A DNA stretch of 64,000 bases from Rickettsiales bacterium (lineage in GTDB: Bacteria; Pseudomonadota; Alphaproteobacteria; Rickettsiales; SXRF01): positions 3,902 through 67,901 of the forward strand of contig JANRLL010000007.1 of assembly GCA_033762715.1 (NCBI GenBank). Reading direction: 5' to 3'. The position numbers and the translations under genes were made by a program. The notes under the pieces are model-generated. The model made no database searches. It was not told the origin of the DNA and was given only the letters and a program-made list of their open reading frames with translations. This document shows positions 19,543-28,432 of the stretch, one piece after another (positions within the stretch are counted from its first letter, which is position 1; every line of letters starts with the position of its first letter).

Positions 19543-20387
19543 GCCGGTTTCGATTCCACATTGATCGCACTTATACCCTTCAAATAATCATCGAGGTTGA
19601 AATGCAGCTCAGGATCTAAGAAGCTGTTTAAACGATCCTGCATGAAGCGCGGATTTTGCTTTTCCGACAGCAACACCAGCCCTTCGGTCATCATATAGTT
19701 ACGAAAGCGCATGATCTCTTCTTTTTGCAGTAATTTATCTGCGGCCGGCAGGCAGATCAGACGTGCGACAATAATGCCGTAAAGGGTTGCAAGCAGCGCG
19801 ACTGCCAAACCGTTGCCGATAAAACTCATATCGCCTTGGATATTTTGAAGCATCACCACCATACCCACCAGCGTGCCGACCATGCCGAAGGCGGGCGCGG
19901 TCGAGGCCATGTTGCGCAGTACCGTCACCGGTGTGATATTGCGCTCAAAATCTGCTTCCACCGCGGTGTTTAACATATTGCGGATCACATCAGGTTTATA
20001 GCCGGTCACCACCAAATCCAGCCCGTAACGCAAGAGCGGCTCGCGAATTTTTTTACCAACTTCGCCTTCTAGTCCGGGCAAGCCTTTGGCATGGACTAAA
20101 TAGGACCATTTAATTAAGCGCATGATTTCGGTGTTGAGGCCTTCGCGTGTGGCTTTAGGCTTTTTCACCATGTACCACATTTCTTGAAAGGCGCGTGTCA
20201 CATAACGGCCTTGATAGCTCATAAAGGCATTGGCAATGCTGCCGCCAACGACTATCATCAAGCCTTCGATGCTGATGAAGGACAGGTAGTTATGGGTCGC
20301 TGCGGCAATCGCGCCTAGTACAAGCGCAAAGCCAAAAAAGGTGCCGGCAACGGTAACTAACGAAAGCGAATCTACGATTTTTTTCAT
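19539..20387 (-). CDS. motA: flagellar stator protein MotA/PomA family
   Basis: 282 aa, 4-TM MotA/TolQ/ExbB-type channel (PAFGMVGTLVGMV, GLAVALLATLYG), followed by motB. Confidence 0.8.
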   Translation of the reverse strand: MKKIVDSLSLVTVAGTFFGFALVLGAIAAATHNYLSFISIEGLMIVVGGSIANAFMSYQGRYVTRAFQEMWYMVKKPKATREGLNTEIMRLIKWSYLVHAKGLPGLEGEVGKKIREPLLRYGLDLVVTGYKPDVIRNMLNTAVEADFERNITPVTVLRNMASTAPAFGMVGTLVGMVVMLQNIQGDMSFIGNGLAVALLATLYGIIVARLICLPAADKLLQKEEIMRFRNYMMTEGLVLLSEKQNPRFMQDRLNSFLDPELHFNLDDYLKGISAINVESKPA

Positions 20388-20475
20388 TCAGCCAATAAAG
20401 TCAGGGTGTAATGACTGCGATCTAAGCATAAAATCACCTGGGGGTAAAGCAGTGACGGGGTTTTTTTGAGTGACT

Positions 20476-21216
20476 ATGAAAACGAAACAAATCAACAAAC
20501 CAATTATTGGCATCACACTCGATCACGAAGCGGGAGGACCTGGCCAATATTCTAAAATGCCGTGGTATGCGCTGCGTCAGAATTATTGTGATGCGATTGA
20601 TTATTTCGGTGCGATTCCCATTCCGCTGCCACATGAGGTGGCGATGGTTGACGATTATTTGAATTTGATCGATGGGCTGATGATTACCGGTGGCGCTTTT
20701 GATGTGCCGCCTTCTTTTTACGGCGAAAAATCAGCGCATCCTTCGGTTACCACCAAGGATCGCCGCACGCAGTTTGAATGGGCGATTACCAAAGGCGCGG
20801 TGGATCGTAAGATGCCGGTGCTGGGGATTTGCGGCGGGCAACAATTGCTCAATGTGGTGTTGGGCGGAAGTTTGATCCAGCATATTCCAGACAGTATTGA
20901 TGATGCGCTCGAGCATGAGCAAAAAAATCCACGCACCGAACCAGGCCATCCGGTGGCTATTGAGCCAGGTACGCTACTGCACCAGATTGTCAGCCGCGAC
21001 ACCATGCATGTGAATACGGCGCATCACCAAGCGGTTGCCTTGCCGGCGCCAGGCATGATTGTCAATGCGCGCTCGCCAGACGGGGTGATTGAAGGCATCG
21101 AGCTTAAAGATCATCCGTTTTGTTTGGGTGTGCAGTGGCATCCGGAATATCGGGTCGATCCGGGTGATTTACAAATATTTGCCGCCTTTGTAGAAAGGTG
21201 TAAACATGAAATCTGA
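20476..21216 (+). CDS. gamma-glutamyl-gamma-aminobutyrate hydrolase family protein (peptidase C26, class I glutamine amidotransferase-like)
   Basis: Contains PIIGITLD, nucleophile elbow GICGGQQLLNV and VQWHPE. The ORF track begins at GTG 20470; an ATG follows at 20476. Confidence 0.8.
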   Translation: MKTKQINKPIIGITLDHEAGGPGQYSKMPWYALRQNYCDAIDYFGAIPIPLPHEVAMVDDYLNLIDGLMITGGAFDVPPSFYGEKSAHPSVTTKDRRTQFEWAITKGAVDRKMPVLGICGGQQLLNVVLGGSLIQHIPDSIDDALEHEQKNPRTEPGHPVAIEPGTLLHQIVSRDTMHVNTAHHQAVALPAPGMIVNARSPDGVIEGIELKDHPFCLGVQWHPEYRVDPGDLQIFAAFVERCKHEI

Positions 21217-21307
21217 TTATTTGATTATCAAAATAATTTGAATATCTGATTTGTAATATATTGAATTTTAATATTATCATATAATCATAGAATCAGATTT
21301 ATAGCAT

Positions 21308-22051
21308 ATGACCGACAATAAAGACACAAATACCCCCACACAAGAACGCATCGCCAAACGTATGGCGCGTGCGGGCTTATGCTCGCGCCGTGAAGCGGAG
21401 GCCTGGATTCTAGAAGGCAAAGTGCGCGTCAATGGCAAGCGCATCACCTCACCAGCGCTTAATGTCAGTGATGCCGATGACATCAACGTCAATGGAAAGC
21501 CGCTTACGCTTAAAGAAGAAACCAGGCTGTGGCTCTATCATAAACCGGTTGGTTTGATTACGACTCATAAGGATCCGCAGGGACGCCCCACCGTTTTTGA
21601 TCAGCTGCCTAAATCGATGCCGCGTGTGATTTCGATCGGACGTTTGGATTTAAATTCGGAAGGACTGTTGCTGCTGACCAATGACGGCGTGCTGGCGCGC
21701 AAGCTGGAGCATCCATCCAGCGCCTGGATTCGCCGCTACCGCGTGCGCGTCTACGGTAAAATCACCGAAAAGATGATGGAAGATATTCGCGAAGGCGTGG
21801 TGGTAGAAGGTATACATTATCACGGTGCCGAGATTGAAAAAGAATCGAAAACCGGTCGTGATAATCAATGGTTCATGATGGCGATTCGCGAAGGAAAAAA
21901 TCGTGAGATTCGCAAAATATTTGAGCATTTCGGCTGCCAAGTTAACCGGCTGATACGCCAGTCCTACGGCCCGTTTCAGCTGGGTAGTCTGCCGCGTGGC
22001 GAGGTCAAGGAAGTGACTAAGAAAGTGCTCAACTCTTTCATTCGTGTCTAA
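21308..22051 (+). CDS. rluB: pseudouridine synthase (RluB/RsuA family)
   Basis: S4 domain RIAKRMARAGLCSRREAEAWILEGKVRVNG. Catalytic motif GRLDLNSEGLLLLTNDG. Also KNREIRK. Confidence 0.8.
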   Translation: MTDNKDTNTPTQERIAKRMARAGLCSRREAEAWILEGKVRVNGKRITSPALNVSDADDINVNGKPLTLKEETRLWLYHKPVGLITTHKDPQGRPTVFDQLPKSMPRVISIGRLDLNSEGLLLLTNDGVLARKLEHPSSAWIRRYRVRVYGKITEKMMEDIREGVVVEGIHYHGAEIEKESKTGRDNQWFMMAIREGKNREIRKIFEHFGCQVNRLIRQSYGPFQLGSLPRGEVKEVTKKVLNSFIRV

Positions 22052-22107
22052 CGCGCGCTTAATAAATTAGTGACAAGGCAAGGGCATTTGCTTTATGGCT
22101 AATAGCC

Positions 22108-22674
22108 ATGAGAATTATTGCGGGAAAACATAAGGGCCGGCGTATCGAAACGCCTAGGGAAATCTCTGGCGACATCCGCCCCACCTCTGATTTCGCTCGC
22201 GAAGCCATCTTCAATATTTTACTCCACAGTAAACATGGTCTAAACGGCCATAGCTTTGCCGATCAAGTGGTGCTTGATATGTATTGCGGCACTGGTGCCT
22301 TCGGCCTTGAAGCGCTGTCGCGTGGCGCGGCGCACGTAACGTTTCTGGATCAATCGCGCGATGCGCTCTCCATTGCCAAGCATAATGTCGAGCGTTATGG
22401 CGAGGCAACCCAAGCCGACTATATTCACGGCGATGCCACCCGCCTACCGAAGCCACGCCGCCGCTATGGGGTTGTGTTTTTAGATCCGCCTTATTTCAGC
22501 AATTTGATCCCCAATACACTTAAAGCTTTGCATGAAGGCGAATGGATTACTGATGATGGGCTGGTTATCATTGAGCATGATGCCAAAGAAACCATTGCCA
22601 TTCCCGAACCGTTTACCTCAATTGATCAGCGTCGCTATGGCCGCGCGGTATTGGAAGTGCTCACCCTGTCTTAA
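22108..22674 (+). CDS. rsmD: 16S rRNA (guanine966-N2)-methyltransferase
   Basis: Contains MRIIAGKHKGRRIETP, DMYCGTGAFGLEALSRGA and FLDPPY. Confidence 0.85.
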   Translation: MRIIAGKHKGRRIETPREISGDIRPTSDFAREAIFNILLHSKHGLNGHSFADQVVLDMYCGTGAFGLEALSRGAAHVTFLDQSRDALSIAKHNVERYGEATQADYIHGDATRLPKPRRRYGVVFLDPPYFSNLIPNTLKALHEGEWITDDGLVIIEHDAKETIAIPEPFTSIDQRRYGRAVLEVLTLS

Positions 22675-22686
22675 GGAGGAGAATCT

Positions 22687-23880
22687 ATGCGTATAATCCT
22701 AGCAACCTGGCTAGCGCTTTTTTGCGGTCAGGCGGCCTATGCCGACGATCACCAACAGGTCATTGCCGGTAATCAAGCCTTTGCCCGCGAGCTGTATAAG
22801 CAGCTGCGCGCCAACACCGGTAATATTTTTCTGTCACCCTATAGCGTGAGTACGGCACTTGCCATGACCACGGCAGGTGCACGCAGCAAAACTGAGACGG
22901 AAATGCTGCAAACCTTGCAACAAACGTTGCCAGCCGAACGCTTACATCCTGCCATGGGCAGCGTGATTCAGTCTTTGAATCAGCAATCAACCAAAGGCGA
23001 TTATCAGCTGCAAGTCGCCAATGCGCTATGGGTGCAGCAAGGCGGCAATTTTCTTGAGCCGTTTATGCGCACCAACCAAACCCATTACCGCACGCAGGTG
23101 ACGCCGCTTGATTTTATTACGGCGCCGGAACCGTCACGCCAGACCATCAATGATTGGGTAGCGCGGGCTACGCAAGACAAAATCCGTGATCTACTCTCCA
23201 TGGGCACTGTCACCACCGATACGCGGCTGGTGCTGACCAACGCGATTTATTTTAAAGGCTACTGGGAAACCGCCTTCACCGCGAGCGCTACCAGCGACAT
23301 GCCGTTTAAGGTTGGGCAGGCGCAGACCATGCCGGTTGCCACCATGCATATGACCAAGCCGTTTGCTTACGGCGACACTGAGCTCTATCAGCTGCTCGCT
23401 TTACCTTATAGAGGCGGCGATTTATCCATGATCATCATCTTGCCCAGAGAAGGCAAAAGCATGGCCGATATTGAATCGGCTTTGACCATGCCGGACTTTA
23501 CGCAACGCCTCAACCAGCTGTCCGCGCGTGAGGTGCAGCTTGCTTTGCCTAAATTCCGAATCAGTTCGGGCTTTTCGCTCAAATCGGCGCTAGAAGCGAT
23601 GGGCATGCGCACGTCATTTACCCCGCAAGCCGATTTTTCCGGCATTAACGGCCAGCCCAATTATTTTATTTCAGACGTGGTGCATAAGGCCTTTGTCGAG
23701 GTAGACGAACAAGGCACCGAAGCGGCTGCGGCAACCGGTGTGGTGATGCGTGCAACTAGCGCTGCCATGCCAACGAGTCCCGTTCCCTTTATTGTCGATC
23801 ACCCGTTTTTGCTCATCATTCGTGATCAAAAAACGGGTCTATGGCTCTTTATGGGGCGGGTCGACAACCCAACCGCGTGA
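22687..23880 (+). CDS. secreted serpin (inhibitory-type reactive-centre loop)
   Basis: Signal peptide MRIILATWLALFCGQAAYA. Serpin N-terminus NIFLSPYSVSTALAMT. Hinge EQGTEAAAATGVV. C-terminal signature PFIVDHPFLLIIRD. SD aaggagga lies in the 12-nt gap after rsmD. Confidence 0.9.
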   Translation: MRIILATWLALFCGQAAYADDHQQVIAGNQAFARELYKQLRANTGNIFLSPYSVSTALAMTTAGARSKTETEMLQTLQQTLPAERLHPAMGSVIQSLNQQSTKGDYQLQVANALWVQQGGNFLEPFMRTNQTHYRTQVTPLDFITAPEPSRQTINDWVARATQDKIRDLLSMGTVTTDTRLVLTNAIYFKGYWETAFTASATSDMPFKVGQAQTMPVATMHMTKPFAYGDTELYQLLALPYRGGDLSMIIILPREGKSMADIESALTMPDFTQRLNQLSAREVQLALPKFRISSGFSLKSALEAMGMRTSFTPQADFSGINGQPNYFISDVVHKAFVEVDEQGTEAAAATGVVMRATSAAMPTSPVPFIVDHPFLLIIRDQKTGLWLFMGRVDNPTA

Positions 23881-24001
23881 CATTCACATCATACCTTGCT
23901 GTAAAGCCCGTTTTGCTGCGCTTCGCTGCTCACGTACTTTGTATACGTTCCGCTGCAATGCTCGCAAAACGAACTTTTCGCTAGCGGTCTGATGTGAATG
24001 T
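23880..24001 (+). repeat. ~120-nt nested-palindrome intergenic element, copy B
   Basis: Perfect 12-bp outer arms acattcacatca (23880-23891) / tgatgtgaatgt (23990-24001). Inner 8-bp arms cgttttgc / gcaaaacg. Core is ctgcgcttc...gctcacgtac...gtatacgt. Lies between the convergent serpin and maiA genes. Confidence 0.7.
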
Positions 24002-24022
24002 TAAGGCAACGAATTAAGTAAC

Positions 24023-24673
24023 TTAAGCAACGGTTGAGATGAAATCCGGCTGATTTTCCGGACGTGCTTGTATGAAAGCGGGATGAGCCGCGCAACGATC
24101 ACCAATGCTGGTAATATGGGGGAAGGCGCGTAAGTCGCAGCCAAAACGCCGCGCATTATAAATCTGCGGCACTAAGCAGCAATCAGCCAGCCCTGGCTGT
24201 GACCCGTGGCAGAAACTGCCCGTATAAGAGCTGTTCGACAGCATCGCTTCGACAGCCTCAAAACCCCTGTGGATCCAATGGCGAATCCACTCATTTTTCT
24301 GCTCGTCGGTGATGCCTAATTTATCTTGCAGATAGCGTGTAGGCCCTAGATTGCCCAGTGGCGCAATGTCACAAGCAACCGCCAATGCTAATGCCCTGAC
24401 ACGCGCGCGCTCTTCAGGCGAGGTCGGCAATAGTGCCGGTGATGGATATTTTTCTTCCAAATATTCCATGATGGCTAGCGATTGGGTCAATACATGCTCG
24501 CCATCGATCAAGGTTGGCACCCGCATTTCTGGATTCAAAGCGCGGTATTGCGGCGTGCGCTGTTCTGTTTTCAGCAGATTGACCGGAATAAGATCGGGCG
24601 TCAGGTTTTTAAGCGCCAACGCAATACGCACGCGGTACGAGGTGGAAGAGCGATAATAGCCGTATAGTTTCAT
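24023..24673 (-). CDS. maiA: maleylacetoacetate isomerase (zeta-class GST)
   Basis: N-terminus MKLYGYYRSSTSYRVRIALALK (zeta-class SSxxxRVRIAL motif). 4-nt overlap with the upstream FAH gene. Confidence 0.85.
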   Translation of the reverse strand: MKLYGYYRSSTSYRVRIALALKNLTPDLIPVNLLKTEQRTPQYRALNPEMRVPTLIDGEHVLTQSLAIMEYLEEKYPSPALLPTSPEERARVRALALAVACDIAPLGNLGPTRYLQDKLGITDEQKNEWIRHWIHRGFEAVEAMLSNSSYTGSFCHGSQPGLADCCLVPQIYNARRFGCDLRAFPHITSIGDRCAAHPAFIQARPENQPDFISTVA

Positions 24674-25665
24674 GCGCGTGCTTTATAGTCGTAGGGAATG
24701 ATTTTTTGATCAATGGCACCGAAAATAGATTGTCCCGTTATATCCAACATTTCAATGCGCACCTGGTCGCCAAATTTCATAAACGGCGTAATCGATTCGC
24801 CCTTCTCTAATTTTTCCAACGTGCGTTTTTCGACAATGCAGGAAGATCCCACCGAGCGATCTTTGTTAGACACAGTGCCCGAGCCAATGATGGTGCCCGC
24901 ACGCAAGAAGCGTGTTTTAGCGGCATGCGCAACCAGTGTGGGGAAGTTAAACACCATATCCACACCGGCATTAGGCTTGCCAAAAATCTTGCCATTGTAA
25001 TGAGTGACCAGGGGCAGATGCAGCTTGCCGTCCTGCCAGGCATTGCCCAGCGTTTGCGGCGTCACCGCAACGGGTGAGAAGGCGCTGGCGGGTTTGGCAT
25101 TTAAAAAGCCAAAGCCTTTGGTCAGTTCGTTCATAGCGAGGTAGCGCAGGCTGACATCATTCACCAACACCACCAGTTTAATATGATGCGCCGCATCGTC
25201 CGGCGTGACACCCATCGGCACATCATCGGTGATGACCGCGATCTCGGCTTCAAAATCAATGCCGTGTGCTTCATCGGGAAGCGGCACATCGTCGCCGGCA
25301 CCCAACATCACATCAGAGGCACCTTGATACATGAGCGGATCGGTCCAAAAGCTCGCGGGCATATCGACCCCGCGCGATTTGCGCACCAGCTCCACATGAT
25401 TCACATAGGCCGATGCATCGAGCCATTGGTAAGCGCGCGGCAAGGGGGCGGCGATGGTCTTTTCATCAAAGGCGAAAGCATTAGAAATTTTACCCTGATT
25501 TAATTGCTCATAGGTGGCTTGCAATTTGCTTTCCACATGGCCCCAGTTATCAAGCGCGGCTTGCAGGGTCGGGGCAATGGCAGCAACACTGACAGCTTGT
25601 TTTAAGTCAGCGCTGACCACCACTAGATTGCCATCACGGCCGCTTTTAAGAGACGCTAGTTTCAT
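24670..25665 (-). CDS. fumarylacetoacetate hydrolase family protein (putative fumarylacetoacetase)
   Basis: 331 aa FAH-fold protein. Contains EAEIAVI, GTIIGSGT and a C-terminal beta-rich region. Sits between hmgA and maiA with 4-nt overlaps on both sides. Confidence 0.75.
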   Translation of the reverse strand: MKLASLKSGRDGNLVVVSADLKQAVSVAAIAPTLQAALDNWGHVESKLQATYEQLNQGKISNAFAFDEKTIAAPLPRAYQWLDASAYVNHVELVRKSRGVDMPASFWTDPLMYQGASDVMLGAGDDVPLPDEAHGIDFEAEIAVITDDVPMGVTPDDAAHHIKLVVLVNDVSLRYLAMNELTKGFGFLNAKPASAFSPVAVTPQTLGNAWQDGKLHLPLVTHYNGKIFGKPNAGVDMVFNFPTLVAHAAKTRFLRAGTIIGSGTVSNKDRSVGSSCIVEKRTLEKLEKGESITPFMKFGDQVRIEMLDITGQSIFGAIDQKIIPYDYKARA

Positions 25666-26789
25666 GAAGATTCTTTCCAGCTATCGACATAGTCTTTCCA
25701 TTCCACCTGATGCATCGTGTCGGAAATATTCACCGCATCGCGCGTGTCGATCATGACGGCAACCTCATCGGTTTCTTTGCGTGTATGGGTTGCACCCGCC
25801 TTGAAGGCTTTGGGGTGCGGGCCATGCGCAAAGCCGGCCGGATGCAGCGATAGCATGCCGGGATGGATATTATCGCGGCTGAAGAAACTACCCATATGAT
25901 AGAAAATAATTTCATCATAATCGTTATTGGAATGGAAGAAAGGCACTTTCAGTGCGCCAGGATCGGTTTCAATCGGGCGTGGCGCAAAAGTGCAGACCAC
26001 AAAACGCTGCGCCAAAAACGTCGTATGCGCTGAGGGCGGCAGATGATAGCGATGGCTCATCAGCGGGCGAATATCGCGCCAATTGACGCGCACCGGCAGA
26101 TTGTCGCCACGCCAGCCCACCGCATCAAGCGGGTTGAAGGGGAAGGTAACAGTGGAGAAGCGGTCATGGCGCTTGATAGTGATTTTCCAGCTGGTTTCAC
26201 CTTGTTGCGCTTTGAACGCTTCGTCGATAGCGGGCACATCCAAAATCGCCGGATCGAAAATGGCGCCTTCGCCTACCATGCCTTTATCGGGCATACGGTA
26301 GCCGTCATTGGTGGCTTCAATCATGAGAAAACTGGCCGCACCTTTACACTCCACGCGCCAGCGCGAACCGCGCGGCAGCACAATATAGTCGCCCTCGCGA
26401 AAGGTGAGATGGCCGAAATCGCAAAATAAATCCCCTTCGCCGCTATGCACAAACAGCAATTCGTCGCCGTCAGCATTGCAGACCAGATGATCCATGGCGC
26501 CTTCCGTACGCCACAGGCGCATTTTCATAAAGGCGTTCGACAGCAGCAATTCCGCGCGCCAGGGCGAGCCGAACACATGCTCCAAAGCGGCCAAATCAAA
26601 GGCGCGTGGCTTTAAATCACCGTCCCATTGGCTCCAGGCCGTGGGTGGATGGGTATGGTAAATATGGCTGACTGGGCCAAAAAATCCTTCGCGCCCAAAC
26701 TCACGCTCATAGGTGCCGTTTGGGAGGTCGCAATGGGGCTGACGCGAAGCCTGGCCTTCAATACGGGGAAATTGGAACCAGCGTTTCAT
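25662..26789 (-). CDS. hmgA: homogentisate 1,2-dioxygenase (short cupin-type family)
   Basis: About 375 aa from the MKRWFQFP start; the ORF track extends to 26810. The layout resembles the short HmgA family (YEREFGREGFFGPVSHIYHTHPPT...HSNNDYDEIIFY...HPAGFAHGPHP). Operon context with FAH and maiA supports the call. Confidence 0.72.
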   Translation of the reverse strand: MKRWFQFPRIEGQASRQPHCDLPNGTYEREFGREGFFGPVSHIYHTHPPTAWSQWDGDLKPRAFDLAALEHVFGSPWRAELLLSNAFMKMRLWRTEGAMDHLVCNADGDELLFVHSGEGDLFCDFGHLTFREGDYIVLPRGSRWRVECKGAASFLMIEATNDGYRMPDKGMVGEGAIFDPAILDVPAIDEAFKAQQGETSWKITIKRHDRFSTVTFPFNPLDAVGWRGDNLPVRVNWRDIRPLMSHRYHLPPSAHTTFLAQRFVVCTFAPRPIETDPGALKVPFFHSNNDYDEIIFYHMGSFFSRDNIHPGMLSLHPAGFAHGPHPKAFKAGATHTRKETDEVAVMIDTRDAVNISDTMHQVEWKDYVDSWKESS

Positions 26790-26873
26790 ATTGATATACC
26801 TGAAATACACCGTGAAAATTTATATGAGACATGCTATTAGCAATAACACTAAAAATCAAGATATGGAGTCATT

Positions 26874-27383
26874 ATGCGTATTACCCTATTGCCTGCGCTT
26901 TTCTTTTTATGCCTTCCTTATGCTTCCCTTGCCAACGATTCATACAACAGCACGTCAAAACAAACCAAACCCTATAAAATGGCGCAGCTCGATGATAGTT
27001 ATGATGATAATGAACCCATGCAAGCCTTGCCGCTGGAAGTGCATGAAGTAAATGGTGTTCGCTATGTGACCGGTGGTATTGGCGATGAAGAAATCACCAT
27101 GCTCAAGCAGGTGGAAAATGAATTTAATACGCGCATTTTGCTGTCGTCAAAAAAGGGCGAGTATATCAGCCTCGCGCAGATCCGCATTTTTGATGCCGCT
27201 GGCAACGAAGTCGTAACGGATGGTTTTGCTGGCCCTTATTTTTATGCAAGCCTGCCACCTGGTAAATATAGCGTCGATGTATTGACCATGAAAGGCTATA
27301 CCGGACATGGCACCTTCACCGCGCCTAAAACCGGTTTTGTAAAACCTGTTTTACGCTTTGGCCCAGACGTTAAGTCGAACTAA
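26874..27383 (+). CDS. exported protein of unknown function
   Basis: Signal peptide MRITLLPALFFLCLPYASLA. Contains VTGGIGDEE and a beta-sandwich-like LPPGKYSVDV segment. No catalytic motif seen. Confidence 0.45.
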   Translation: MRITLLPALFFLCLPYASLANDSYNSTSKQTKPYKMAQLDDSYDDNEPMQALPLEVHEVNGVRYVTGGIGDEEITMLKQVENEFNTRILLSSKKGEYISLAQIRIFDAAGNEVVTDGFAGPYFYASLPPGKYSVDVLTMKGYTGHGTFTAPKTGFVKPVLRFGPDVKSN

Positions 27384-28432
27384 CTTTTCCAACGCAAGAT
27401 TTTTTCCGGCACGCGATTTTCGAATGGCGTGCCGTTTTCTTGTGCGCTCAGGAAATCTTTTTTCAGTTTGAAATACCAGAGCGCTTGCTGGTCGGCATCG
27501 CCCAAAAGCATCAGGCTGGGATGATCGGATGACAGGCCTTCTTGCTGCTTTTTCACAATCTCTAAATCCTGGCGGATAAAGGCTTTGCCGAAAGGCAACA
27601 CCAGCGGGTAGAGCCATTTAGTAAGCGGCAGATTGCTGTAAAAGAACTGATGCAATTGCGTGCGTGAATGATCGATAGGTGTAAGCGCGGTCAGCAACAC
27701 AATATAGCCGCCATCGGTGCTGATAAATTCGGTGCGCAAGGAAGGCAGCGAAAAGCTGATTTCGGTTTTGAGATTGGTGAGCCCCAAAATTTTATAGGCA
27801 CGTGAATTAGACGATGGCTTATGCGCCACCATTTTAAAACCGAGCGGCGTTGGCGCGAATTTCTTTTCTTTTACATGCATGGAACGGGCTGAGCGCCACC
27901 ACCAGGAAGCATGCACAAACGGCCCGTGCGATGGGTCCATCAGCCCAATCACCGCATGGTCGATATTGCAGGGAAACAGCACCGATTCGACATGGCGGTA
28001 GCCGCCGATAATAGGCGCGGGGGAGGCTGGAATATCGGGTAATTGCTCAGGCACACGCGTTTTAGGCGCCGGTATATAAACCCAGATCAGCCCGTCTTGT
28101 TCACGGCAGGGAAAGGCGGCGGCTTTGATGCGCGAAATATCGACGTTATCCTCAGGCGTGAGTGAAGGAATGCTCGTGCATTTGCCTTCGCAGTTGAATT
28201 TCCAGCCATGATAGCAGCACTCGATTTCCTTGCCGTCGAAGCGGCCATAGCGCAGGGGAATACCGCGATGCGGGCAGAAATCGCGTAGCGCAAATACAGC
28301 ATCTTCATTAGTGCGGCCAAGTAGAACCTGTTGACCTAATATGGTTTTTGCCAGCGTTTCACCGCGCGCTATCTGGCTGCTTGCCGCAGCTACATACCAA
28401 ATATGATAAATAAGATCAGTGGATTCACTCAT
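27380..28432 (-). CDS. Rieske [2Fe-2S] non-haem iron oxygenase (PaO/Tic55-like alpha subunit)
   Basis: Rieske motif CPHRGIPLRYGRFDGKEIECCYHGWKF. Mononuclear iron motif DPSHGPFVH (D-x2-H-x4-H). Its start shares 1 nt with the upstream stop (TAATG). Confidence 0.85.
   Translation of the reverse strand: MSESTDLIYHIWYVAAASSQIARGETLAKTILGQQVLLGRTNEDAVFALRDFCPHRGIPLRYGRFDGKEIECCYHGWKFNCEGKCTSIPSLTPEDNVDISRIKAAAFPCREQDGLIWVYIPAPKTRVPEQLPDIPASPAPIIGGYRHVESVLFPCNIDHAVIGLMDPSHGPFVHASWWWRSARSMHVKEKKFAPTPLGFKMVAHKPSSNSRAYKILGLTNLKTEISFSLPSLRTEFISTDGGYIVLLTALTPIDHSRTQLHQFFYSNLPLTKWLYPLVLPFGKAFIRQDLEIVKKQQEGLSSDHPSLMLLGDADQQALWYFKLKKDFLSAQENGTPFENRVPEKILRWKS

Noticed and set aside
23750-23992. 80-aa ORF (and the similar 35361..35576 ORF) running through palindromic elements B and C
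   Set aside because: The shared residues (CSRT...) come from the conserved repeat core. The ORFs start inside the upstream gene or element and have no RBS. The repeat or structure explanation is more economical.
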